Part shown: piece after piece, positions 8,239 through 19,263 of the stretch
Numbering within the stretch: the first letter of the stretch is position 1
How the letters are laid out: every line of letters begins with the position of its first letter
Source of the DNA: Actinomycetes bacterium
Lineage (GTDB): Bacteria; Actinomycetota; Acidimicrobiia; Acidimicrobiales; RAAP-2
Direction of reading: 5' to 3'
Length of the DNA stretch: 64,000 nt
Assembly (NCBI GenBank): GCA_021848365.1
Contig: JAJZUS010000001.1
Location: 540,608 to 604,607 of the forward strand
Translations under genes and position numbers: made by a program
Notes under the pieces: model-generated
Told to the model about the DNA's origin: nothing
The model's input: only the letters and a program-made list of their open reading frames with translations
Database searches by the model: none

Positions 8239-9744
8239 ATGTCGACAGATTCGGCACCACCGAGGGTGGGTAAGCGGAAGCTGAAGCTGTGGGGGGCGGT
8301 CGCCATCTCACTGGGCATCGTCGGGCCGACGCTGGCGATGGCGGGCAACGGACAGGGGACGGTCGCGGTCGTGGGCAAGTCGGTGCCGCTCGTCTTCGTC
8401 TTTGGCGCCATTGGCATCGCGCTCATCGGCCACAGCTTCATCCGCCTGACGCAGCGCTACTCGCACGCCGGCAGTTCCTACGCCCTCGTCGGGCTCACGA
8501 TCGGCAAGCGGGCGGGCTTCCTCGCCGGGTTCGCGGTGATGATGACCTACGTCTTCTTCGCCATCTGCACACTGGGCGCCGTGGCGAGCTTCCTCAACGC
8601 CTTCCTGGCGGCGGCCGACAGCGGAGCGGCGCACCCGCCGCACGTGCCTTGGGTCCTGGTCGCCCTGATCGCCGTCGTCGTCGGGCTCTTCTTCAATACT
8701 CGCGACATCCAGACCGTGGCGCGCGCGCTGCTCGCCATCGAGGGACTCGGCATCGTCTGCATGACGATCCTCACGATCGTCATCATCTCGAAGGGCGGCG
8801 CCCACTCGACCGGCGTCGACTGGAGCACCTTCTCGCTGAAGGGCAATAGCTTCTCGACGATCATGGGCGCCGTCGTGGCGGCCTTCCTCTCGTGGGCCGG
8901 GTTCGAGGGCTGTGCGGCGCTCGGGGAGGAGACCGACGACCCCAAGCGCAACATCCCGCGGGCCCTGGCCTGGGCCGTGGCGCTCACCGCGGTGCTCTTC
9001 GTGATGGTGATGTTCGCCCAGACCATCGGCTACGGCACCAACGCCGCGGGTCTGCACACCTTCGCCACCCAGGGCAACTCGCTGACGACCCTCGGAAAGA
9101 CCTACATCGGGACCTGGTTCTCCCTCGTCATCTCGTTCGCGGCGGTGATCTCGGCCTTCGCCTGCCACCTGGCCTCGGTGGCGACGGCCGGTCGACTCAT
9201 GTGGGTCTTCAGCCGTGACGGTCTCGGCCCGAAGGGCTGGTCGCGTCTCGACTCTCGCCACTCCCAGCCGGTCAACGCCATCTTCACCGTGGCCGCCGTG
9301 ACGGCCGTCCTGGCGATCCTCGGGGGCATCACCAAGCACCCGGTCGTCGGCACCGGCGACCCGGCGCTCGACTTCTACTTCTACTACGCCACCATCGGCG
9401 CGATGGTGCTGATGTTCGCCTACTTCATGATGGAGCTCGGCACGATCAAGCACCTGCTCGTCGAGCGTCGCGAGAAGGCGGGCGAGGTCGTCTTCCCGAT
9501 CATCGGGGCCCTCTTGATGCTGGCCGTCTTCTACTACAACGTGAAGGGCCAGACCCAGTGGACGGCGGCGCCCTTCATCGCCTTCATGATCCTCGGGGTG
9601 GGCCTGCTCATCACCCTCTTCCTGCCCGGACTCGCGGACAAGGTCGCGGCGGGGCTCTCCTCCGAGCCCGAGGAGGCCGGCCCGGTCGGCAAGGACCTCC
9701 TCGCCCCGGGCATCGAGGCCCACCTCCCGGCGGGGCAGGACTAG
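8239..9744 (+). CDS. APC-family amino acid/polyamine permease
   Basis: About 12 hydrophobic segments; HAGSSY, SWAGFEGCAALGEETDDPKRNIPRA; GGAAGGA RBS. Confidence 0.93.
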   Translation: MSTDSAPPRVGKRKLKLWGAVAISLGIVGPTLAMAGNGQGTVAVVGKSVPLVFVFGAIGIALIGHSFIRLTQRYSHAGSSYALVGLTIGKRAGFLAGFAVMMTYVFFAICTLGAVASFLNAFLAAADSGAAHPPHVPWVLVALIAVVVGLFFNTRDIQTVARALLAIEGLGIVCMTILTIVIISKGGAHSTGVDWSTFSLKGNSFSTIMGAVVAAFLSWAGFEGCAALGEETDDPKRNIPRALAWAVALTAVLFVMVMFAQTIGYGTNAAGLHTFATQGNSLTTLGKTYIGTWFSLVISFAAVISAFACHLASVATAGRLMWVFSRDGLGPKGWSRLDSRHSQPVNAIFTVAAVTAVLAILGGITKHPVVGTGDPALDFYFYYATIGAMVLMFAYFMMELGTIKHLLVERREKAGEVVFPIIGALLMLAVFYYNVKGQTQWTAAPFIAFMILGVGLLITLFLPGLADKVAAGLSSEPEEAGPVGKDLLAPGIEAHLPAGQD

Positions 9745-9747
9745 TCC

Positions 9748-11073
9748 GTGCAGCCCGACCTCTCGTCACTGCCGGCCGAGGCGGCCGACCTCTATCGACG
9801 CGACCTGAAGGCGGTCGCCGGGATCGAGAAGCTGCGCTTCTTCCCGCTGGCCGTCGTCTCCGGCGAGGGCTCCTGGCTCGTCGAGGCGGGTGGACGTCGC
9901 GTGCTTGACCTCACCTCGACCTGGACGGCCTCGGGTCTCGGCTACGGTCACCCCGCCGTCGTCGAGGCGCTCACCCGGGCGGTGCAGGCACCGCCCGGCT
10001 CGGGCGGGCTCTCGGCGGTCCACCCCGACTCGGTCGGCCTGGCCGAGGACCTGCTCGCCCTCACCCCGGGCGAGGGCGAGCGACGCGTCTACCTGGGCCA
10101 CGCCGGCTCCGACGCGTGCGACGTCGCGCTGCGCGCCGTGCGGCTCGCCACCGGCAAGCGACGGATCATCGCCTTCGAGCACTCCTACCACGGCGGCGTG
10201 GGCGTCGCCCTCGGCGCGTCGGGGGTGCACGTCGAGGCCGGCTCGGTCGCGGCCGACCCGGACGTCGTCTTCGTCCCCTACCCGAACCCCTACCGGGAGG
10301 ATGCGCTGACTGCCCTCGCCGCCACTTTCGCCGCGATCGACGAGGCGCTGGCGGGGGGCGACGTGGCGGCCCTCATCGTCGAGCCCTTCCTCGCCGACGG
10401 GGGCATGGTGGTGCCCCCCGAGGGCTTCCTGCGCGGCTGCGCCGAGCGGGCCCGCGCGGCCGGTGTGCCCCTCATCGTCGATGAGGTCAAGGTCGGCCTC
10501 GGTCGCTCGGGGATGCTGCACGCCTTCCAGATCGAGGGCATCGTCCCCGACGTGGTCTGCTTCGGCAAGGTCCTCGGCGGGGGCCTGCCCCTCTCGGCCT
10601 GCGTCGGTCCCGCGTGGATTCTCGATGGTCCCCCGGCGGCGGCCCTCTTGACGACGGCCGGCAACCCCATCTGCTCCGCCGTCGGACGGGCCGTCCTGCG
10701 CACGCTCGTCGACGACGACCTGCCCGGTCGAGCGCGCGCCGCGGGCGAGCGCCTGCGGGCCGGGCTCCGGGCGGCCGATCTGCCCCAGGTCGGCGACGTG
10801 CGCGGGCACGGGCTCTCGATCGGGTGCGAGCTGGTGGAGGACCGGGCGAGCAAGACCCCGGCGCGGACCCTCGCGGCGAAGGTCGTCTACCGGGCCTTCG
10901 AGCTCGGGGCGGCCGTCTTCTACGTCGGGGGCAACACCCTCGAGATCACGCCGCCGCTCATCATCACCGACGAGGAGGTCGACCACGGCGTCGAGATCCT
11001 CGTCACGGCGATCCGCGACGCCGCGGCCGGCCGGGTGTCCGACGCGCTCGTCGCGCCCTACGCGGGGTGGTGA
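9748..11073 (+). CDS. Class III PLP enzyme resembling alpha-amino-epsilon-caprolactam / amino acid amide racemase
   Basis: LYRRD..KLRFFPLA, GLGYGHP, EPFLADGG, DEVKVGLGRSG, FGKVLGGG, C-terminal YAGW. These match Achromobacter obae ACL racemase as recalled. Confidence 0.75.
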   Translation: MQPDLSSLPAEAADLYRRDLKAVAGIEKLRFFPLAVVSGEGSWLVEAGGRRVLDLTSTWTASGLGYGHPAVVEALTRAVQAPPGSGGLSAVHPDSVGLAEDLLALTPGEGERRVYLGHAGSDACDVALRAVRLATGKRRIIAFEHSYHGGVGVALGASGVHVEAGSVAADPDVVFVPYPNPYREDALTALAATFAAIDEALAGGDVAALIVEPFLADGGMVVPPEGFLRGCAERARAAGVPLIVDEVKVGLGRSGMLHAFQIEGIVPDVVCFGKVLGGGLPLSACVGPAWILDGPPAAALLTTAGNPICSAVGRAVLRTLVDDDLPGRARAAGERLRAGLRAADLPQVGDVRGHGLSIGCELVEDRASKTPARTLAAKVVYRAFELGAAVFYVGGNTLEITPPLIITDEEVDHGVEILVTAIRDAAAGRVSDALVAPYAGW

Positions 11074-12191
11074 GCGTGGGCCTCGCCGAGGAGATCGCCT
11101 CGATCCCCCTGCTCGATCACCACGTCCACGGCGCCCTCAAGGATCCGCTCGACCAGGCGGCGCTCGAGTCGACGATCACCGAGTCGGACCGACCACCGGC
11201 GCCCGGGGTCTCGAGCTTCGACTCGCCGGTCGGCTTCGCACTGCTGCGCTTCTGCGCGCCCCTGCTCGACCTCGATGGCGAGGTCAGCCGGGCGGGCTAC
11301 GTGGAGCGGCGCCTCGAGCTCGGGCCCGAGGAGGTCAACCGCCGCTTGCTGCGGGCGAGCGGAATCGCGACCTACCTCGTCGACACCGGCTTCAACTCCG
11401 ACGGCCTCCTCGACGTCGCCGAGATGGCGAGCGCGGGCGCGGCGGAGACCCACGAGGTGGTGCGGCTGGAGGCCATCGCCCAGCGCCTCCTCACGGAGGA
11501 GATCCCTTCGGCGGAGTTCGCCCACGCGCTCGCCGCTGAGCTCGAGCAGTCCCGCACGCGCGGCGTCGTCGGAACGAAGAGCGTGCTGGCCTACCGGGCC
11601 GGCTTCGACATCGATACGACCCGTCCCGACGACGCGGCACTGCGCGCGGCCCTCGATCGCCAGCGAGCCCGCACCACGCGAATCGACGACCCGGTCCTGC
11701 TCGCCGAGCTGCTCTGGGCGGGGATCGATCTCGGGCTGCCCCTGCAGATCCACACCGGATTCGGCGACACCGACCTGACGCTGCACCGCTCGAACCCGAG
11801 CCTGCTCACCCCGTTCCTGCGTGCGAGCGAAGCCTCGGGCACGCCCGTCGTCCTGCTCCACTGCTACCCGTATCACCGCGAGGCGGCCTACCTCGCCCAG
11901 ATGTTTCCCCACGTCTACTTCGACGTGGGGGAGGCCCTCAACTACGCCGGGGCCCAGAGCCGCCAGATCGTCGCCGAGTCCTTCGCCCTGGCGCCCTTCG
12001 CAAAGCAGCTCTTCTCGTCCGACGCCTGGGGGCCGGCCGAGCTCCACTACCTGGGTGCCCTCCTGTGGCGCCGGGCCATGACGCGCGTGCTCGGGGAGTG
12101 GGTCGACGACGGCGACTGGAGCGAGGCCCAGGCCCACCGGGTCGTCGCGATGGTGGCGAGCGAGAACGCTCGCACCGTCTACCGGATCTGA
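11070..12191 (+). CDS. Amidohydrolase_2 family protein (FluG N-terminal / Rv1879-like)
   Basis: DHHVHG, KSVLAYRAG, LQIHTGFGD, LLHCYPY, FSSDAWG; GTGA overlap with the upstream stop codon. Confidence 0.88.
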   Translation: MSVGLAEEIASIPLLDHHVHGALKDPLDQAALESTITESDRPPAPGVSSFDSPVGFALLRFCAPLLDLDGEVSRAGYVERRLELGPEEVNRRLLRASGIATYLVDTGFNSDGLLDVAEMASAGAAETHEVVRLEAIAQRLLTEEIPSAEFAHALAAELEQSRTRGVVGTKSVLAYRAGFDIDTTRPDDAALRAALDRQRARTTRIDDPVLLAELLWAGIDLGLPLQIHTGFGDTDLTLHRSNPSLLTPFLRASEASGTPVVLLHCYPYHREAAYLAQMFPHVYFDVGEALNYAGAQSRQIVAESFALAPFAKQLFSSDAWGPAELHYLGALLWRRAMTRVLGEWVDDGDWSEAQAHRVVAMVASENARTVYRI

Positions 12192-12228
12192 GCGGCGACA
12201 CGAACGTCGGTCCGCCTACCATGGACGG

Positions 12229-12726
12229 ATCGACTCGGTCATCGTCTTCGTCGCCAAGTACTTCCTCTACCTGAGCGTCGCGGCCGTCGGCGTCTACTGG
12301 CTGCGGGCCCGCCGCTCCGACAAGGTCACCCTCGCCTGGCACCTCATCCTCGGCGGGCTCATCGCCCTCGGCCTCGCGCGCCTCGGCGGCCACCTCTACT
12401 ACAACCCCCGACCCTTCGTGACGGGACACCTCACACCCCTCTTCCCCCACGCGCCCGATAACGGATTCCCCTCGGACCACGCCCTGCTCACGTCGTTCCT
12501 CGCCTTCTCGCTGTGGCGGTGGTCACGACCGTTCGCCGCGGTCCTCTTCGCGAACGCGATCCTGGTGGGCGGAGCGCGCGTCCTCGCCCACGTCCACCAC
12601 GTGATCGACATCCTCGGCTCCTACGGGTTCGCCCTGGTGGCCGTCCTCGTGATCGCCGGGATCGAGCGCTACCGCGCCCACGGGCTCAGTCCGCGGCGGC
12701 GAGGAGACGTCGGCTGGCGGAGCTGA
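12229..12726 (+). CDS. PAP2-family membrane phosphatase (BcrC-like undecaprenyl-diphosphatase); start codon non-canonical or lost
   Basis: RPF, FPSDH and RVLAHVHHVIDI motifs. The frame is open from ATC 12229 with no in-frame ATG/GTG/TTG before 12418. Confidence 0.75.
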   Translation: MDSVIVFVAKYFLYLSVAAVGVYWLRARRSDKVTLAWHLILGGLIALGLARLGGHLYYNPRPFVTGHLTPLFPHAPDNGFPSDHALLTSFLAFSLWRWSRPFAAVLFANAILVGGARVLAHVHHVIDILGSYGFALVAVLVIAGIERYRAHGLSPRRRGDVGWRS

Positions 12727-13573
12727 GCGTCGTCCCGGCCCGCCAGAGGGCCCGGATGGACCGGGTGAGCCGCAGTCCGCTGACCGGGACGACGACGAGG
12801 CGCCCGCCCGCGATCTCCCCCTCGACGGCCAGTCGGCTGACGACGGCCGGGCCGATCCCCCGGGCGACGGCCTCCTTCACCGCGGTCGTCGACGCCAGCT
12901 CGACGGCGTAGTGGGGGGCGAGGCCCCGCTCGGCGAGAGCCCCCTCCAGGACCTCGCGCGTCCCCGAGCCCGTCTCCCGTCCGACCAGGGCGCTCGCCGC
13001 GAGCCCCGACGCCGGCACCGGGCTGCGTCGTCGCGCCCAGGGATGTCCCGGGGCCACCACGACGACCAGCTCGTCGAGGTGGACGCCCCGCCCCTCGAGG
13101 CCCCGGGGGAGGTGGAGTCCCTCGACGAAGCCGATCTCCGCCTCGCCCGACTCGACGAGGGCCGCGACGCCCCGCGAGTTCGCCATGCGCAGGGAGACCG
13201 TCACCGGGGGAGTGGCGTCGTAGAGCGGGGCGATCCAGCCGGGCAGGAGGTACTCGGCGACGGTGAGGGAGGCGGCGAGTCGCAGGACGCCGCCGCGCTC
13301 CTCGCGACGCCGTCGCGCCACCGCCGCGACCTCGTCGAGGGCGAGCAGGGCCGCCCGGGCGCTCGGGACCAGGGCGAGTCCGTCATCGCTCAGGCGGGCC
13401 CCCCGCGTCGCGCGCTCGAGGAGCTCGAGGCCGAGGTGGGCCTCGAGCTCGCGCAGCCGGACGCTGGCGGCCGGCTGACTGAGACCGAGGCGCCGCGCGG
13501 CCGACGTGATCGACCCACTCTCCTCCAGGGCGACGAGGAGGGTCAGGGTCGTCGGGTCGATGGGGTCAGTCAT
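12686..13573 (-). CDS. LysR-family regulator (CysL/YeiE-like)
   Basis: GSITSAARRLGLSQPAASVRLRELE HTH; LRLAASLTVAEYLLP; RETGSGTR. Confidence 0.93.
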   Translation of the reverse strand: MTDPIDPTTLTLLVALEESGSITSAARRLGLSQPAASVRLRELEAHLGLELLERATRGARLSDDGLALVPSARAALLALDEVAAVARRRREERGGVLRLAASLTVAEYLLPGWIAPLYDATPPVTVSLRMANSRGVAALVESGEAEIGFVEGLHLPRGLEGRGVHLDELVVVVAPGHPWARRRSPVPASGLAASALVGRETGSGTREVLEGALAERGLAPHYAVELASTTAVKEAVARGIGPAVVSRLAVEGEIAGGRLVVVPVSGLRLTRSIRALWRAGTTLSSASRRLLAAAD

Positions 13574-13588
13574 AAGCAGAGCCTATGA
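13570..13588. promoter_or_regulatory. LysR-type binding palindrome
   Basis: TCATA-N9-TATGA overlapping the lysR start codon and its -10 box (13580-13585). Confidence 0.65.
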
Positions 13589-13657
13589 CTTTGTACGGCA
13601 GGAGGGGTAAGAAAGGGCCTGCGACAACGGAAGACTGGATCCAACGAAGGAGGATCC

Positions 13658-14683
13658 ATGACGATCACCGATACCCCGCCGGCAACGGCCACGCGACGCC
13701 TCGCCCCCGGCCTCGCGCTGGCCTCGGCGCTCGGGCTCGCCGCCTGGCTGATCGCCCGGATCGTTCCCCTCGTCGGGGCGCCGGTCGTCGCGATCGTCCT
13801 CGGCGTCCTCGTCGCCCTGGTGCGTCCGGTGGGGCCGGGGCTGCGCCCGGGGGTCCACCTCGCGGCGAAGCGGGTCCTCCAGCTCTCGATCGTCGTCCTC
13901 GGCCTCGAGCTCTCCTGGCACGAGGTCGTCGTCACCGGGCTTTCCTCGTTGCCGGTCCTCCTCGGCACCCTCGTCGTCGCCCTCGGCGGCGCCTGGCTCG
14001 TCGGGCGCCTCGTCGGCATCGAGGGCGACCTGCGGACCCTCATCGGGGTCGGCACCGCCATCTGCGGGGCGAGCGCCATCGCGGCGACCGACGCGGTGAT
14101 CGACGCCCACGAGCGCGACGTCGCCTACGCAGTCGCGACGATCTTCACCTTCAACGTGGCGGCCGTCCTCACGTTCCCCTCGGTCGGGCACCTCCTGCAC
14201 CTCTCGCCCCACGCCTTCGGGGTGTGGGCCGGGACGGCGGTCAACGACGTGTCCTCGGTCGTCGCCGCCTCGAGCGCCTACGGGCACAACGCGAGCGCCA
14301 CCGCAGTCGTCGTGAAGCTCGCCCGCAGCCTCGCCATCGTGCCGATCGCCCTCGGCCTCTCGCTGCTGCGCACCAGCAAGGTGGCCCACGCCGAGGGACG
14401 GAGCCGCGTCGCGGTCGCCCGTCGCGCCTTCCCCTGGTTCATCCTCTGGTTCCTCGCCGCGGTCGCGGTCGACTCCCTCGGCCTCGTCCCGCGCACCATC
14501 ATCCCCGGCCTCGGTCAGTTGGCCCAGCTGCTCATCGCCATCGCGCTGGCGGGAGTGGGGCTCTCGGTTCGCCCGCGCGAGATCCGCTCGGCCGGCTGGC
14601 GGCCCCTCGCCCTCGGGGCGATCCTCTGGGTCCTCGTCGGCGCGTCCAGCCTCGCGATCGCCCACGTCTTCCCGACTCACTAG
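13658..14683 (+). CDS. YeiH-family membrane protein (putative sulfate exporter family)
   Basis: IGVGTAICGASAIAAT, GVWAGTAVNDVSSVVAA, VKLAR; divergent from the LysR gene; AAGGAGG RBS. Confidence 0.92.
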   Translation: MTITDTPPATATRRLAPGLALASALGLAAWLIARIVPLVGAPVVAIVLGVLVALVRPVGPGLRPGVHLAAKRVLQLSIVVLGLELSWHEVVVTGLSSLPVLLGTLVVALGGAWLVGRLVGIEGDLRTLIGVGTAICGASAIAATDAVIDAHERDVAYAVATIFTFNVAAVLTFPSVGHLLHLSPHAFGVWAGTAVNDVSSVVAASSAYGHNASATAVVVKLARSLAIVPIALGLSLLRTSKVAHAEGRSRVAVARRAFPWFILWFLAAVAVDSLGLVPRTIIPGLGQLAQLLIAIALAGVGLSVRPREIRSAGWRPLALGAILWVLVGASSLAIAHVFPTH

Positions 14684-14693
14684 GCCCCGACCC

Positions 14694-14717
14694 CGCCGCG
14701 CCCGGCCGGGCGCGGCG
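14694..14717 (+). terminator. GC-rich perfect hairpin after yeiH
   Basis: CGCCGCGCCCGG|CCGGGCGCGGCG, a 24-bp perfect palindrome; no U-tract. Confidence 0.5.
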
Positions 14718-14775
14718 AGCGGTCGCGGGACCGACGCCGTTGCGCGACTCGGTCGCCGGGAACTAGGAATGCCGG

Positions 14776-15303
14776 GTGCCCGACGCCCCCCGCACCCTGC
14801 TCACCCTCTGCACCGGCAACGTCGCGCGATCGGTGCTGCTCGCCGGCATGCTGGAGGCCCTCGGGGAGGAGGAGGGCCTCGCCTGGTCGGTACGCAGCGC
14901 CGGGACCCACGCGGTCGAGGGCGCGGCGATCAGCGCCCGCACCCGTGACGCGCTGGCCTCCCTCGCGGAGCCGGGGCTCGGTCCGATCGTCGGGCACCGC
15001 AGTCACCAGCTGAGCGCCGACGACCTCGCCTGGGCCGAGCTCACCCTCTGCGTCGAGGCGAGTCAGGTGACCCTCGTCGAGGGACTCCGTCCCGGTGCGC
15101 GGGCCGTCACGATCGGCCAGTTCGTGCGCGAGGCCGAGCTCGAGGGCTCCTGGCCGGGCCGCGTCGACGCCGTCGTCGCGCGCGGTGCGGATCCCCGCTA
15201 CGACGTCGTCGACCCGGCCGGGGGCGACCAGGCCCTCTACGACGCCGTCGCCCGCGAGCTCTGGGAGCTGGCCCAGGCCCTCGTCACCCTGTTCGGCGAG
15301 TAG
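14776..15303 (+). CDS. Low-molecular-weight protein-tyrosine phosphatase family protein
   Basis: P-loop CTGNVARS, SAGT, VVDP acid loop. Confidence 0.85.
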   Translation: MPDAPRTLLTLCTGNVARSVLLAGMLEALGEEEGLAWSVRSAGTHAVEGAAISARTRDALASLAEPGLGPIVGHRSHQLSADDLAWAELTLCVEASQVTLVEGLRPGARAVTIGQFVREAELEGSWPGRVDAVVARGADPRYDVVDPAGGDQALYDAVARELWELAQALVTLFGE

Positions 15304-15918
15304 TCAGTCGCGCTGGACGGCGCGCAGGCCGCCCCAGGCGAGGGTCGCCGCGCGCGCGGCGAGCCGCTCGGCCTCTCCGCTCGCGGGAGTGGGCCAGCCC
15401 TCGGCCCGCTGCTGGATCAGCCAGGTGAGGGCGACCCCCTCGGCGATGCCGACGACGCCAGCGGCCAGCTGGCGGCGGTGCTCGTCGCTGATCGAGACGT
15501 CGATGTGGGGCTCGAGGAAGCTCACCAGCCCGGCCTCGAGCCGGCGCAGCTCGGCCGAGGTCTCGCCCTCGTGGGGGTGGACGAAGAGGATGCGAAAGGC
15601 GTCGGTCTCCTCGACGACCGTCGCGAAGAAGACGTCGAAGGCCCGCTCGAGCTTCTGGCGCGGGCCGTCCGAGGCCCCGACCGTCGAGGCCAGCTGGTCG
15701 AGGAGGCGGTCGGCGAGTCGCGCGACCACCTCGCGGTAGAGGTCGGCCTTCGAGGTGAAGTGCTGGTAGAGGATCGGCTTGGTGAACCCGGCGGCGCGGG
15801 CGATCTCCTCCATCGTCGTCGCGCGAAATCCGTGCTCGGCGAAGACGCGCTGGGCCGCGTCGAGGAGGTGGTCGCGCCGCTCCTCGCGGCGCGGGCGAGC
15901 GGCGGGGTCGGCCAGCAC
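15304..15918 (-). CDS. TetR-family regulator
   Basis: [32 protein letters not shown]; TAGGCT 6 nt before the GTG. Confidence 0.93.
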   Translation of the reverse strand: MLADPAARPRREERRDHLLDAAQRVFAEHGFRATTMEEIARAAGFTKPILYQHFTSKADLYREVVARLADRLLDQLASTVGASDGPRQKLERAFDVFFATVVEETDAFRILFVHPHEGETSAELRRLEAGLVSFLEPHIDVSISDEHRRQLAAGVVGIAEGVALTWLIQQRAEGWPTPASGEAERLAARAATLAWGGLRAVQRD

Positions 15919-15927
15919 GGGCCCAGC

Positions 15928-18603
<2,676 letters not shown>

Positions 18604-18607
<4 letters not shown>

Positions 18608-19263
18608 TCCGGGTGGCGGGACGGGTCGCGCGCAAGGACCTCCTCATCGAGTGGCGGAGCCGGGTCCTGCTCTGGCAGGTGGTGCCCTTCGGGGCGATGG
18701 CCCTCCTCCTCGCGGGCCTCGCCCTCGGCCCGACCCGGGCCGGGAGCTCGGGGGCCGGACCGGGTCTCTACTACCTCGTGATGGTCCTCGTCACCCTCCT
18801 CGCCGCCCAGCGCAGCGCCCAGGTCGAGCGCGGGGCCGGCACCCGGGCCTCGGTCGCCACCCTCGGGCTCGACCCCGCCGGGGTCTTCCTCGGCAAGGCC
18901 CTCGCCCTCTGCGTCGAGCTCTGGGCGATCGGGCTCGTCCTCGGGGCGGGGACCGTCCTCTTCCTGCACACGGCCCTGCGGGCCGCCCTGGTGGCGTCGC
19001 CCTCGATCGCCGCCACGCTCGCGGCACTCGCGGCTGCGGGGACGCTCTACGGCGCCCTGACCACGGGAGACGGCTCGGCGGCGACCCTCCTGCCGGTCCT
19101 CGCCCTGCCGGGATTCTCGCCCCTGCTCATCGCGGGTGAGCGCAGTTTCAGCGCCGCGGCCGCCGGCGGGGCCACGGGGTCGTGGTGGGTCATTACGCTG
19201 GTCGCGCTGGTCGTGTACCTCGCGGCCGGCGTGGTGCTGTACGGGGTGCTCGAGGACGCGTGA
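18604..19263 (+). CDS. ccmB: Heme exporter permease CcmB
   Basis: RKDLLIEWR, FLGK, LLPVLALP..PLLI; hydrophobic; GTGA overlap with ccmA. Confidence 0.85.

Noticed and set aside
14776-15303. Arsenate reductase ArsC
   Set aside because: It lacks the additional redox cysteines of thioredoxin-coupled ArsC, and no ars genes are nearby.
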